Source: Auanema rhodensis (Eukaryota > Animalia > Nematoda). From it: a DNA stretch of 64,000 nucleotides. A program made the translations under genes and the position numbers. This document shows positions 44,966 through 58,478 of this stretch, one piece after another. Under the pieces are notes generated by a model. That model saw only the letters and a list, made by a program, of their open reading frames with translations, was not told the origin of the DNA and searched no databases. Positions within the stretch are counted from its first letter, which is position 1, and each line of letters opens with the position of its first letter. The stretch lies in contig OZ059898.1 in NCBI GenBank assembly GCA_964057225.1, positions 6,448,001 to 6,512,000 on the forward strand, written 5' to 3'.

Positions 44966-46478
44966 TCATTCTTGAATATTCAAAGTTGTTATATCCATAG
45001 ATAATTGTTTTGTGATAGTATGTTGTGGTAAGGAAGATCTGCGTTGATATCGTACTCTTTGATAATAACCATCTCGAACAGAAGAAAATAATGCTCCAAT
45101 AAGTTGAGACCAAGCTAGTAAAGTATCACAACTGTAATAATAACATTTAGAATGTTAATTCAGATTTTTTCTTTATTACCGCTTATGTACACCTCCATCA
45201 AGCTTAACACATTCAGCTATAGCAGCATCAGCTAAATGTGTGAAGAAATCTGGTCTGAAACCGAACGGACATAGGTCAGCATAAGACATTCCAAATTCTT
45301 TTGCATGTTGTAGTACCTGAAGTTCAAAACAGTTGATATATGAATTATTACATCCTATTAATAAAAGGTTCAACGAAAATATATAAAGATTTCACAAAAT
45401 TAGTTTTTAATTTCGACGTAATTTTGTATGAAAATAAGTTTATCTCTTACCTCATCAGCTTTATCAATATTAACAACTGAGTCATCAATTAGCTCATACA
45501 TTTGGCGAGACATTATTATAAATTGTTCTTCATTTAAACGAGAAAATAAAGCTCGAAGTTCAGCTCTTGAGCTTGCAGCTCTTCTTAGTATAGCTTCACC
45601 AATTGTTGGCCTGAAATTTAAAGAACTATTTTAATGAAATCTCCGGTTGTTATTAAAATTCTATATCTGCGTTCTCTGATCATCAATCTACTTATCTATA
45701 AAGTAATTTCGATGATGCGTGGCTGGGACATTCACATATAGCCTACCCTTAGGCAAAGTAACAGCCCACGTCGTTGAGTTGCAGTAAATCATAAACAAAA
45801 GAAAATTTGATGATGAGAATGACAGAATATTTTTGAGATAAGAAGAGAGAGAAAGAGAATAATGTATAAAAGAGTACGATGAAAAGTGAAAATTAGAGCA
45901 CATGATCTTTTATTTTAAGATATATGGAATATTATAAAATGTAATATAAACTTGGAAAAGAATATGAATGAATCATGCTCATTACATATGAAATATTAAA
46001 TGTCTTTTCAACATACTTCGCCATCTTGTAGCATTGTTGTATGCGCATTCGATTTAAAGATGGAACTAAACCATTAGATGCTTTTCGTCCATTTTCTTTC
46101 TTTGAAGCCGGTAATGGAGAAGGACAAGTTGTTAAAGTCTGGAAATAAGCTTGTAGAAATAATATAATAGAATTTCCTGAAGAATAAAGTACATGAACTG
46201 AGTTTGTACCTACCTGAGCATCTTTTTCTATTTGAACTGCACATAAACTACGACTTCTTTGTCGTTCAGGAATCGGAGCAACGAGAAGCATATCTGTCCG
46301 CGGTGCAGTAACAACCATTTGATCTTAAGCCAATGAATAAAAAATATTTCCAAAGTTTAAGTAAACCTGCGGATGAATTACGATTTAGGGCCATCGGAGA
46401 TTTTGCAGATTTGTTTTCTATGCCGGAATTATATCTTGTATTATTATTAATTGCCCTCTTAGATCTTTTTCGATACAT
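44966..46478 (-). CDS. Nematode globin-domain protein with N-terminal extension and atypical heme ligands; a further 5' exon is possible
   Basis: Globin helix pattern LNRMRIQQCY...IGEAILRR...ELIDDSVVNID...GFRPDFFTHLADAAI...AWSQLIGALFSSVRDGY. Confidence 0.78.
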
Positions 46479-49400
46479 AGGCTCTACACTGACACTGAAA
46501 TACGAGGGAAAAATTTTGATGATGAATATGCCTCTCGAAAACAATTACTCTTATGTTTTTCTCTCTTTTTTCCAAGCCTTGTTTTGTTTTTTTTTTCGAT
46601 GAAGAAAAAATGAATATTATTATTATTGTTGCTACGTTTGCACCTTCTCTTCCTGCAACTTTGCTTGATCATAATTCGTCATAAGAAAAAACAATGAAAA
46701 AACAATCAAGGATAAGTCCCGCACCTATTGCTCTAGCTCTTTCATGAAATATCACTCGGGTTTTTTCCAAGGCTTTTTGGCTCTATATCTGATTTTCTAT
46801 CCACCCGCACTCTAATTAAAGAACAAAATGAAGCAATTGAATCTGTTTCATCGCTCACATGCCTGTTGGATGAAGGACCAAGAAAGTTGCACAATGAATA
46901 AAGAAGAAATGTTCTTTTCAATTTTACTTCTCTTATTCACCCTTTTTCTACTTTCACCGCCCTTTTTACTCGTTTTCTCAATCTTATCTCTTTTCAACCA
47001 TATATTTTCTTATTTTAGCTATCTACTTATAATCAAAAGAGCAGTAAGTAATCTAGCTATATAGAAAGAAGGGACCACCTACTTTTCGCCTTCAACTATA
47101 ATTGGATGATTCTTCTCTTTGTGTGTTTTTCGGATTTTAACCAGAGACGACGATTCGTTGCCCATTTGCTAATCTTCATGAAATCGAATATTAAAGTATC
47201 ATACAACAATACACTTATAGGAATATAGAAGAAGATATTAATATCTCTAAGATTTCTATAAATACTACGAGTGTAATGAAAAAATTGTATTAGATAACTA
47301 AACTTTAAAGAACAATTCTAGAGAGAGAAAGAGAGAGAGAGAAAGTGAAGCAGTGAGTGAGATAGAGAAAATAGAATGAGAGGGAAAGCAACAAAGAATA
47401 AGAGTGATGAGGAGGAGGAGAGAAAATGAAAGAAAGAGAGATAGAAATAAGGAAAACGGCTACTCATTCCTGAACCAATCGACCCACACATACAAACACA
47501 ATGCGATCGCCTTCTTGAAGATAAAGAAGGCGAAGATGATGTATATGACTGATGACTTCATAGAATTATTAGAAGAAACCGTTTTGTCTGCTCAAACTAA
47601 TCAAACTAAAAGATTTACACAAAAAGGAAACTCCATGGTATATCCATATAATGTGAGAAAAAGTGTCAATATCTTGGAGAAAGTTGAAGCTTGGATATTG
47701 CAAACCAATGAAATCGCCATTTCTGTTACTTTTCTTGGCACAATATATTCTGTTGATTGTTATTAGGTAAGAATGGTTTACTGTACTATATATATATACA
47801 AGTATATATATGTAAATATCTATATGAGTATACACATATATACATACATGCTTACACAAATATATATATATATAGTCGGAGAAAATAGATATAATCGTAA
47901 TCATATCTTTTCTATTGTGATGGTTTTAGTAATAGTAAAGATGTGCATCATGTTTTCACGGGGAATTCTATTTTTCGATTATATGAACTCACAAAATCGA
48001 ATTTAAATTTTCGTTTTTCTTGCATAGGACTATAACAAAGGAATGAGGAATTGGCGACAAATTTTCAAATAAAACTATACATGGTAACAATGAAAAACGA
48101 TGAAGAATAAGAAGATGATGATGATGATGGCTCATTCATTTTTATTTCAAAAAAAAAGGAGAAAAAACAAAAGAAGAATAGGAATGAGTCTGGTTATTTA
48201 TCCGAAAAAGATGAAGGAGCTGCGAAGTAATAAAGACGGGAGAGTTATTATGAACGATAAGCAATTATAATTTCCAATGCTTCAACTATATGATAATAAA
48301 GAAAAAGAAATAAAACTAATATTTGGAACTTGGAAAACGTTTGAGAATAGGTTTAATGAACTTGAAATATTGTGCTGGCTGCTTTAAAGTGAAAAAAGAT
48401 AATAGCGAATAGCAACAAAGCTGGATGAGGAAGAAGAGTAAACGATAATTACTTCAAAAGAAAATAGGAAAAGTCTAGTACGTAACAGAGGCACTTGTGG
48501 GACAGCGAAGGTAGAAGCGAAATGAAATAGATGGCTCAGAAAAAATTGGCAAAGCTGCTTAGAAGCTCAACTCAACCCTTCATATGAGCGATTAGTTGAA
48601 GCAGAAGCTTGAGCACGCATGCTCCGAAAGTTGACAACGGAGAGTTGGAGAGGAACATGAAGACAACATATGAAAAAGATGACGGATTCTATGAAAAAAC
48701 TACCGAAAGCAACAACATGCAATCATATCAGCCTCTTTGTGTTCAAAAATAAAATGAGAAGGATATACACACAAAAATTAAACATTTATACAGATATTTG
48801 GTGGGCAAATTCAAATAATTAGGATTTGCAGAGCTTGATGTTAAATTTGGAAAAAAATGTCGCTACGAGATTAAGCTATTTGAACGGAGTCAGCAAATGA
48901 GAGAAGCACTACGCGCTCAAGGGATGGCAGTCTGACATTGGCGCCGCTGGCGGAGTCGTCGTCGACATCATAACAGCTGGAGAAAGATGATGACCAAGTT
49001 CAAGAATGGCGCTTCGAAACATATTACAAAAGATTCTTGAAGCTTAGAGATCTCGAACTAAATGTGTTTAGTAATCCGTTATCTGTTCCTTTGTTTCCGA
49101 CTATATTTCTTAAAAAAATAGGGATGAGCATATGAATTCCTCCTTGGAATTCAGCAGTCACAGGGGGCTGTACAAAGAATGCACACATACACATATATGC
49201 AGACACATGCACACATATAGCATGAGAAATAGAAGATGCGACTTACTAGAGAAAAGAAGAGTATCACGAAAGCAACCAGTCTGCTCATATCATGATGACG
49301 ATTTGGCTGCTCTTTGTTTTTTTTGTTTTCTATCTCTCCTCCTCTTTTCTCTCGTTTGATTTTTTAGTTTCACACTCTTTTCTATATCATTGCGTTGACA

Positions 49401-51934
49401 GTCATCATAATCATCACACGCTTCTCGGTGAACTGCATCTGGAGATGCCTCAAATGCATATGACGACCAACGATCATGTTCAAGTTTCGCACATCATCAT
49501 TGCCGTAAACCAAGTTGAACTTTTCGGGCTAAAGTCCAGTTGTCCAGCTAGCCGAAAAAATGCATATGAGAATGTAATAGAGAAGATACGAAAAGAGGTT
49601 CATCAGATGATGAATATAAACTCCTCAATTATAATTGCTCGTTTTGTTCGCTGCTACTTCATGCTCTTTTCCAATCATCGTTATCCTCGTTATCGTTGTC
49701 CAAGCAGACTGATTCGGGAGGTATTACGATAAAATTTCGGAGACATTTAGAGAACAAGAAGGATATAGGAAAACGAGGAAGACGATGAGGACAAGAGGAA
49801 GAAAAGGCAGTCGGAAAGAGACATCGCTGAATGGACACAGATCAGAAGATTCAGAAAACGCCTAGGCCACAATAAAAGTAGAGTTCGTCGATAACAAATG
49901 CTCTTAGATTGGAAGTCTATCATCTACTCACGGAGTCACGTTGATATAAAATTTCAGGGTATTTGATTTAGAACTCAATTTAAGATTCACAGTGCACTCT
50001 TTTCTAAGAAGAGAGAACTTTATCCATAGCTTCTAAAAAAATTGATAAGTTCATGCGACATTTATGTTTTTGCTCTTAAAAAATCTGAACATCTCATTTT
50101 TTTTCTTGAAAAACTGCTATTGTTACTAAAAACAGAACACGTTAAAGCTTCTTCCATTTCAGAAATCAAAAGAAGCATGTACGAAGAGAAATGATGAAAT
50201 GGCAAAGAAGCATAGAACATGAAAAATAGTCTTTTTGAACAGATGATTATGAAGCAAATAGATGAAAATGATAGTTGATTGAACGCATGTATTGGTAAAA
50301 AAAGGAGGAGTTCTCCGAAATAATGGACTCAAATGGACATTGACACGACAATTTCATCAAAAACCGCAACAGATTCAAACAAATTAGACTTTTCGTCAAC
50401 CGTGAAACTTAATTGCATTGCGAAATGATTTTAGAATGTTGGGCAGATGAGAAAATCTCAGCTAAGATGTCAACTAGAAAGCCTGGTCCAGAATAGTGTT
50501 GATGACTGAGAAGCCGAAAAAGGAAAAGAATAGGAGTTAACTACTGAAACAAGCGCGAAGTCAATTAAACTCAAAATATTGCAACAGAGGATTATATAAG
50601 AGAAATAATAGGTTTTGTTGTTGTTTTAAAGATCGTACGGAAAGCGTTAGAGCAATTATAAGAACAAACGATTAAAAATGAATAGAATAACGACATTAAG
50701 AGGATGACTGAAAAAAATAAAAGACAGCAACAGATTTTTTTATATTTAAATTTTCTAATTGTAATTTACACATCATTTTTTAGTTTATTTTTGACAATAT
50801 AACATTGAGGAAATTTGCATGTATGGCAGTACTTACAGACATTTTATAATGATTAAAAAAATTTCATTTAAGATGAGAATATATTGAGAATCAAGAATGA
50901 AAATCGGTTTTATCCCGTTTTCCCCTCATCACTATGAGAAGATTAGGCTGATAGATAATAGAAGAATATAAGGAGACATCAGAAGCAAACGTAGAATCTG
51001 GATACTTGATGATTGTGCACTATCATGCGATAACGATAGCTTCAATATTATGAATTATTATAAAACAACGAATGTCAAAAAGAAAATAAGATATTATAAA
51101 AATAAAGGAGGGGGGGATTAAAAAAGAGAAAATGTATTTGAACTCGCAAGTCCGAAATATAAGATGGAAGAACAAAAAGCAGCCACAAGACGAATCCTTT
51201 CATCCTACTCCAATTAAAGGATGTCTCACATTTCTCGCCTTCTAATGTATAAATTATTCAGAGACAATGTTGAGGATATAGCCATATATGTCCATTAAGC
51301 TAACCAAAAAAAATTTTTTTAACTGATTTGCTTTAAGCTGATTAGTCAGCTAAACCGCTAAAATCAATTTTAATATTCAGTTTATTCGTATGATTCGTTG
51401 AATTTTTTTGGACTATAACAACACTTTTTTTCAGGTAAAGCCATTGAGAATAAGTTTTTAGAAAAACAAGCTTGATCAACTCTTCAATTTGTATTCAAAA
51501 AGATACAAATTGAAATAATTGAAACCTGATCTTCTATCTACATAATTCTAACAAACCATTTGAAATGTTGGAAAAAGTTTCAGAAAACATAATCAGAACA
51601 AAATAATACAAAAAAAAGAATCAGTTGAAGTTCATTAGTGTTCTATACAATTCAGTATCCGATGAAAACACATATATACATACATATATTTGGTGGTAAA
51701 ATGTAGTTAAAGTTAAAGAAAAGAGATTTTTGAAGAGATAATTACATGTATAACTTATATACTCGTAGAATAGGAAACCAGCTATTATACAAAATTGAAA
51801 TGAAGATAAAAATAATATAAATTATAAATTTGATTAAAAATTAAAATAAGCAAATATTTACAAAACTGTAAACAAACTAATATTTAGTTTGGTTTTCGAT
51901 CCAATCGTCTGATTTATTAAGCCAAATAAACTTT

Positions 51935-53682
51935 TTACGAAGTAATGTTCCTCCGAAGTTCACGTATAACTTCAGCACTAATTTCACAAGCAATTCTAAA
52001 AAAAGATAAAAGAAAAACATTAAAAATCAGCTTCAAAAAAAGAGAACCTCATGGAAACTGAATTGTGACTACTGGATTCATTCTCCAATGAATTTTTAAG
52101 TTGTCCGTCAACCTGAAAAAAAACTTCCCATTTTTTTTCGATTTGCTTCGCAGCTTCTACTATTTTCTCTGAAACACCTATGGTTAATTAATTTTGTTCA
52201 TTATAGCAACCTGAATTTTTAGAATCTTTGGTCGCTAAAGGAAATTTATCACGACTTGCTGCTGTTGTCAAACTACGAGTTCTTTTAATCCTTTGTCGTT
52301 CCTAAATGATAAATTGAAACTTTGTTCTAAAGCTGGAAAACCTTCATGAGTTCAGGTGTAACGAGATATCCAGGACTGCGTCCTTGAACTTGTATCAAAG
52401 GTTTCCTTTTTGTAGTTTTTGGAGTAAAAGCTGTTCGGGTTTTCATGTCTTTTTTTAATTTCATATCCTGGGCCAATTTTTCGTTATAGATCTAAATTTC
52501 TCCACGTTGTACATAATATTTTCAAGAACTAACCAAAACAATCCTACTAACTACATAACGGTTAAAAAGATCAGCTGCACGGCGTATTGCTTTGGAACGC
52601 TGAAAACACTCGTAGTGTTTTTACCAGTATAAAATATATTTAAATATTAACCCTTTTAAAAAAAATTAATGATTCTCTACATAATAGTTCTAATTAAAAA
52701 ATATATGTTCACATTTTCTCATAACCGAATTGCCAACAGCTAGATTTAGTGTCAACTAACATGGTCAGTATAGTACAAAAAACAAATTATAAAGTATTCC
52801 GCCTGTTAGCGCTTTCAGAACAATGCCAGCAAATGAAATATTCCCATATATGTAGTGCACACAAACTTTATAACATTTTGTTTTCTTTTCCTTTTTAGCC
52901 ATTAACCATACAGTTGCATTAGAATAGCTTATGATATCATCATATAAAATATTAACTAACCTCTTCAGAATTTTTCAAGGAACATAAAAGATCTTCCATT
53001 CGATACAACATTTCACAGAAAACAATGACAAAATGGTGTGCTTGTATGATGTTGACCGTCTTATTTCTAAAAAAAAATTTGTGTTGAATTTTTGAGTTTC
53101 AGCATACACAGAACAAAAGTTAATACAAAAGTGCCGGCACAACTGCGACAATCTTCGAGCACATGATGACAATCTAAAACTAGTTGAAAACTAGTATTAA
53201 TATTATGGAATACCTTATTAAAAAAGATTTATGATCTGTGGCACTTGAGTTGGATAACTCAAGCCGATTTAAAAACATCTGGACGTCATACAAATAAGAG
53301 TACTGGCGATTATGAGCAGATTCGTAAATAAAAAAAACATCATTCTCTGTAGAAAACATCATATTAGATTTTACTTTCAAAGTGTTCTAATTACCAGACT
53401 TCATAAAAGTTTCAATTAAATTTTCTACGTTACTGACTAAATTGTATACAAGATCGGTAGAGTTTGCAAGTTGAATATCAACTGCCGGTTTTGGCTTAAA
53501 TTTATTATTTGATAAAAACAATAAAAGGAAAACAAATAAGAAACCTCCTCGATTTCTTCATCTTCAAAAACGAAGTTCTTTTCAATCCTTCGTTCTAAAA
53601 TTTTCAAAAAATCTTTGGACTTTAAAAGTTCTTCTAAAATTTTATCAACAACTACGTCTTCTTGAATAATTAGAGATTCCAT
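51935..53682 (-). CDS. Unrecognised multi-exon protein (orphan or fast-evolving); helical N-terminus and basic C-terminal half
   Basis: Chain of open exons with short GT-AG introns from MESLIIQEDVVVDKILEELL to IACEISAEVIRELRRNITS*. Exon joins around 52700-52960 are ambiguous. Confidence 0.6.
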
Positions 53683-54078
53683 ACTGCTGAATGTAATTTT
53701 TTATGAGAAATATCAGTCTTTGTAGATAAAATAATAAGCCGATTACTTGTTTCATAAGAAATAATCCTATAACTTCAATTAGTAAAAACTTTAATAATTA
53801 TTTATACAAAAAAAACAATAACAACGCAGGAAAATTTTGATTTTTATGAACATAATCAATCACGTAAAAGATGTCTTCTCAAAATTCTCAAACAAAATAT
53901 GAAAGAAACACTAGAATACTCCATATCTAAACTATATTATCTATTAAACTATGATACTCGAAAAGCCGTCAGCGTAATTTTGTATACATATAAGTAATCT
54001 GATTTTCCAAAATTGTTTATTATTTTAATATCAAACTAGACAGCTATTTTCACCACAAAAACAGATTGGATAAAAATA

Positions 54079-54697
54079 TCATAATTTAATAGTATCCGGT
54101 ATATTCTTATGTTCTACATACCCTACTGTCATTCCCACACCCTCTGGTATGTTTCGTTGAATATATTCGAGGAAAGTACTTGCAGTACTGCCAGTTAAAT
54201 TTAAAACCTAAAATAAATGAAAAAGTAATATATTAAAAAATAATTTTACTTCAAATCGAGTGATATGTGTTCTGGTTTCATAATGCAACTTGTATTTTTT
54301 GTGGACGAATTTTGATCGGAGAGTAGGCTGAACCCATCGTACATAAGGAAGCACTTCTGTTTTTCCTCTACTGATGTTCAAATACTGGCATACATTCTGA
54401 TAATGTAAACAGTTTAAGTGATAGATCTAAGGAAGACTTACCTCTAAGAATCCCGTATATGAGTTTAGCACTGCTTTATCATGCCCACGATATTCTATTT
54501 CCAACGAGCTAAAAAAGTTGAAAACATATATGTACGTATAATGAACACAAATTTAGTAACCTGAACAACTGATCCGGCATAACATAATTGGTTTGATCAC
54601 CTATAGGAGTACTACCAGTGTTCCTAATAGATCGACTTGCAGAAGAACTGAGAGATCTAATACATGGTAAGAGTGAACTATTGTAAATACGATACAT
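54079..54697 (-). CDS. mrps-10: Mitochondrial ribosomal protein S10 (uS10m)
   Basis: Presequence, then EIEYRGHDKAVLNSY...LRSKFVHKKYKLHYETRTH...TGSTASTFLEYIQRNIPEGVGM. Confidence 0.93.
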
Positions 54698-54954
54698 CTA
54701 TAAAATACCAATGTTTTTTAATTATTCACAATTTCAAATCTAAATATCAATTTTTGAATACGATACCAGCATAGGTCGTGCTCATGAAAACAGAGGTTCA
54801 TTACGTAATTAGTTCCCTTTTTCTAACGTCTGTTTTTAATCGTGTAATGATAACTAGACTCTTGTATACGTTTAAATTAATAAATGCTTTATTCGAAATT
54901 TATAAATACTGCATACAAAAGAAAAAGAACAAGTCACAATCAGAATAAATCTGA

Positions 54955-55306
54955 TCATCTTACACTAAGAAACAGTACTTCTTCATTTAGTGGAAGATTA
55001 CTATTCATAACATCATCGAAACAAACTTTCTTTTCAGAATCCCCCCCTTCAATATTTATACATACAGAATAGATATTGCTGCCCTTTTTCACATTTGTTA
55101 TGAAACCAGTCTAAAGTTATATTTTGCAAGAAATGACAAGGATTCGAAGTTTGTTATAGTTAGTAGAGTCAGGAAATTAATCTTTTCAGTATTGATCTTA
55201 TTCATCAAGCATCAATTCTAATACAAAAGATACAGCAGTTTTACCAATTAACCGCTTCTTTAAAAATAACTATAATGTCAAAAGATATTGTTAAAACATG
55301 CTCCAT
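54955..55306 (-). CDS. Possible micro-gene (about 65 aa) resembling a kinesin-13 N-terminal Tudor-like domain
   Basis: Terminal exon 55110-54955 has an acceptor, 51 open codons, a TGA and an AATAAA about 60 nt downstream. Upstream exons (MEH|KRLIGKTAVSF) are tentative. Confidence 0.35.
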
Positions 55307-55431
55307 TGATAAACTAACGCTCGCTCAATAAGAGAGTTTACACGATAAAACATAAAATTGGCAGATAAGAAGTGGCATTCTAAAGTGTAACGACTGTCTT
55401 ATCGTTCAGCTATTCTACAATTTTAAGTGCT

Positions 55432-56129
55432 ATGGCTGGTAACCTACTTCGCGTATTCGTTTATGGAACTCTGAAGAGAGGAGAACCGAATCATCATGTG
55501 CTAACACAGACTTCTGGCTCACATAAATTCATTGGAAATGGCAAAACAACAATCAAATTTCCATTAGTTGTTTCTTCCAAGTATAATATCCCAATGCTGT
55601 TGAATCAGCATGGTTCTGGATTGGTAAATAATTTTGTACTAGTGTTCCTTTTTTCTATTAACTTAGCTTATCAACGGTGAAGTATATGAGATAGACGAGC
55701 AGAAATTGGAAATCTTGGACGAACTGGAAGCGTACCCAACTCTCTACGATAGAATTGAAATTCCAGTAAAGATAAAACATCTCAAAGTAATTTAACAAAA
55801 AACTCTCAGATTACTATAGCACCCGGCGAAGAAATAAACGCTCTGGTGTATGTAATGAAATCTTGGAGATCTGATATTTTCGAAGTTTCTAGCCCGCTTA
55901 TGGACAATTATTCGACTAATGGATCTCATGGGAGACGCTATGTTGAAAGGTAACATTGTAAAAAGTCAAAAAAACTGAAACCTTTTTAAGGTATGCTCGA
56001 GCTAAAGATATGATTGATAACCCCACAAATGATTTATATTCTGAGATCCAAGGATGCGTTAGCAACCAAGAGACTCAATACCTAAGTAGAAACAAAGCTT
56101 TGAATGACCTTAGATGTGAAAACAACTGA
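55432..56129 (+). CDS. Gamma-glutamylamine cyclotransferase (GGACT/AIG2-like)
   Basis: VFVYGTLKRGEPNHH signature, GEVYEIDE, LDELEAYPTLYDR with the catalytic Glu. Confidence 0.9.
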
Positions 56130-56558
56130 ATTACTGTTTTAGTGAAAACGTAAGGACCACAGATGAACTTGAAAACTAGACACGGATATCTAATACTGTT
56201 GTGAAATAAAATAATTAAGCGATGTCACACTTATACATAATGTTAAAATTTCCAACACCAGTTTACTGCTATCATATCGTAAGAAAACACCAAAAAGAAC
56301 AGTAAAAGATATTCTAGACAAGTAAACCCAACAAAAATATCTTTTAAACCTATCATAAGATAAGCATACAACAAAACAAAAGAAAAACAGAGATGGGAGC
56401 AACGATAGTAGAACTCTTAAAAGATGGTCACCGACACAAAAAGAAGGCTTTTAACTACGAGAATTTGAATCCTAAACGAATCAGCCTGGACCAATGTAGA
56501 GGCAACAGATAGAACACTGCATAATAAAAATCTTAAGAAAGGCTAGAAATCATCAAAT

Positions 56559-57647
56559 TTATGATCTTAAATGGGGGGGAATGTATTTTCTGTCAGCAGT
56601 ATTAGATGAAGATGAAGATGTAGAAGTTGGGGGAGGGGCAGGAGCAGAAGGTCGTGAAATAGTATTTTCATTAGCGCCAAAAGCCTGTAAGTTTATATTA
56701 GATACATATAAATTACTGCAACATACCTTGGCAGTAGCTAAAGCTTGCTCGCGATCTCTCATGGCTGAAGCTGGAGGTCCAGTCACTCTTGGTCCTCTAT
56801 TATCCATGCTAGGTCCAGTTTTTACCCTATAACACGAAGTATAAAACAGAACTTGCATTTAATGATTACCATCCACCACCAGTCTTATCCTCTTTTTTAT
56901 CTTTTTCCATTTTAGAAGCATCAGCAAGAGATGGGAACATTTCTTGGTTAGACACATCAATATCAGCTCTATGATAACGCTTAAATAGGATTTGACAGGA
57001 TAAAATATATTCGAAAATTTCGATACTTCTCCTCCTCCTCCACCACCCGATCTCAAGCAAGATGGAACAAAAATGTCCGGACGAGCATTTTGTTTCTGAT
57101 AGTTTGCCATATCTGCTGCAGTCTCAACATCATTCTCTTCCTTTTTCTAATAATAAAAAAAAACAAATAAAATAAATAAAATAAAATATCACAAACCTTT
57201 AAATCGACTTGTCCCCAAGTGCGTACAGCTTCTTGTTGTTCTTTCTGATCTTCATTTTCATGCTGTTCTTCTTCAGCATTTTCCGATTCAGCACCCATAT
57301 CTTTGATTTTGAGTCCTTCAAGTCTACAAGCTCAACGTTATAATTAAAATTGTAATAATCATGTAATACCGCCCCTGAACGGAATCTCCATACTCGATCC
57401 ATTCGCTTTCCTCTCCATTCAAAGACCGTTTTGGCTCATCGTCTCCAGTTCTTTTCTCAGCTTCAGCAACTTGCTGATCATGTTCTTCCTGAAATAGTAC
57501 ATATTTCAACAAATATATTTTAGCAATTCCTCCTACCTGTCTTCGAGCCTTGCGCTCTAAAATCTGACCAACATCATCCATTTTCACTACAGTCTTCTTT
57601 TTCTTATCCTTCTTCTTAGCGAAGAAAGCACTCAAGTCGTCCGACAT
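56559..57647 (-). CDS. CDV3-like disordered protein
   Basis: MSDDLSAFFAKKKDKKKK N-terminus, EWIEY, EMFPSL; ends KYIPPHLRS*. Confidence 0.75.
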
Positions 57648-58478
57648 TTTGATTTTGATCAAGAAACCTAAAATAATAATGTTTGTTAGCAAGCTTTTTG
57701 AGCACGATCACGTCCAGAAGCGATAATCTGTTGAATAGCAAACGTAAAATTTTCCACGAAAACATGAAGATGAGCAACAAATAATAAATCAAATTAAATA
57801 TTTTGTACAGATATGAAAAAAGTAAGTGTTAAAATTAAAATATTAAGCGCATAAAGCAGCCTCCACATTTCAAATCTTTTAGTCCCGTTGCGTCATCGTC
57901 TGCTATTTACAACCTTTGTTAAATCAATAAAAACATTAAATCTATTACCTGATTAAAAGATATGTTTTGCTCCAAGAGGAGGATGGCTTTATCTGAAAAT
58001 GGCGATTCCGAATATCCTGAAAAGCCAATTCTCATGCTCCAGATAAGGATTTAAAACGTTAGTTAACAGAGAACACTCGACAATGGTTCGATCCGCACGG
58101 GACCTTTTTTAACGCGCACGGGTACCCTTTAATCAAACCAAATAAACTCAGGAGAGCAAGTATTATTAAAGCTTTTATTCTTATGAGATCATTTTCAATT
58201 ATACTCATACACCATAAAATATGATAAAAAAGACAGTTTCACCTGAGATATCAAGAATATACTCGTCATAGTTACTGAAAATTAGAAATATACATCTGTT
58301 ATAAATTCGAATGAAGATGAAGTTATTAATTACAAGCAAGGAAAATTGAGCTCAAGTAAAACATCACCCTACAATATATTTACAAACTTAAGTTAGAAAT
58401 CAATAAAAAAATATACAGAAAGTTTGACTTCAAATAGTTCTGAGGACTTTCATTTGTAAGATAATGCACGTATTTTTT

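Noticed and set aside
47780-47875. (TA)/(CA)-rich tract generating ORFs on both strands
   Set aside because: Degenerate microsatellite, non-coding.
49024-49732. 146-aa plus-strand ORF and a signal-peptide-like minus-strand exon (MSRLVAFVILFFSL|GTAAGT)
   Set aside because: Hydrophobicity comes from T/C-rich low complexity; no convincing spliced product and no in-frame join to the globin.
58085-58126. GGTTCGATCC B-box-like motif suggesting a tRNA
   Set aside because: No cloverleaf or A-box upstream; only a short GCACGGG direct repeat in the CDV3-like promoter region.
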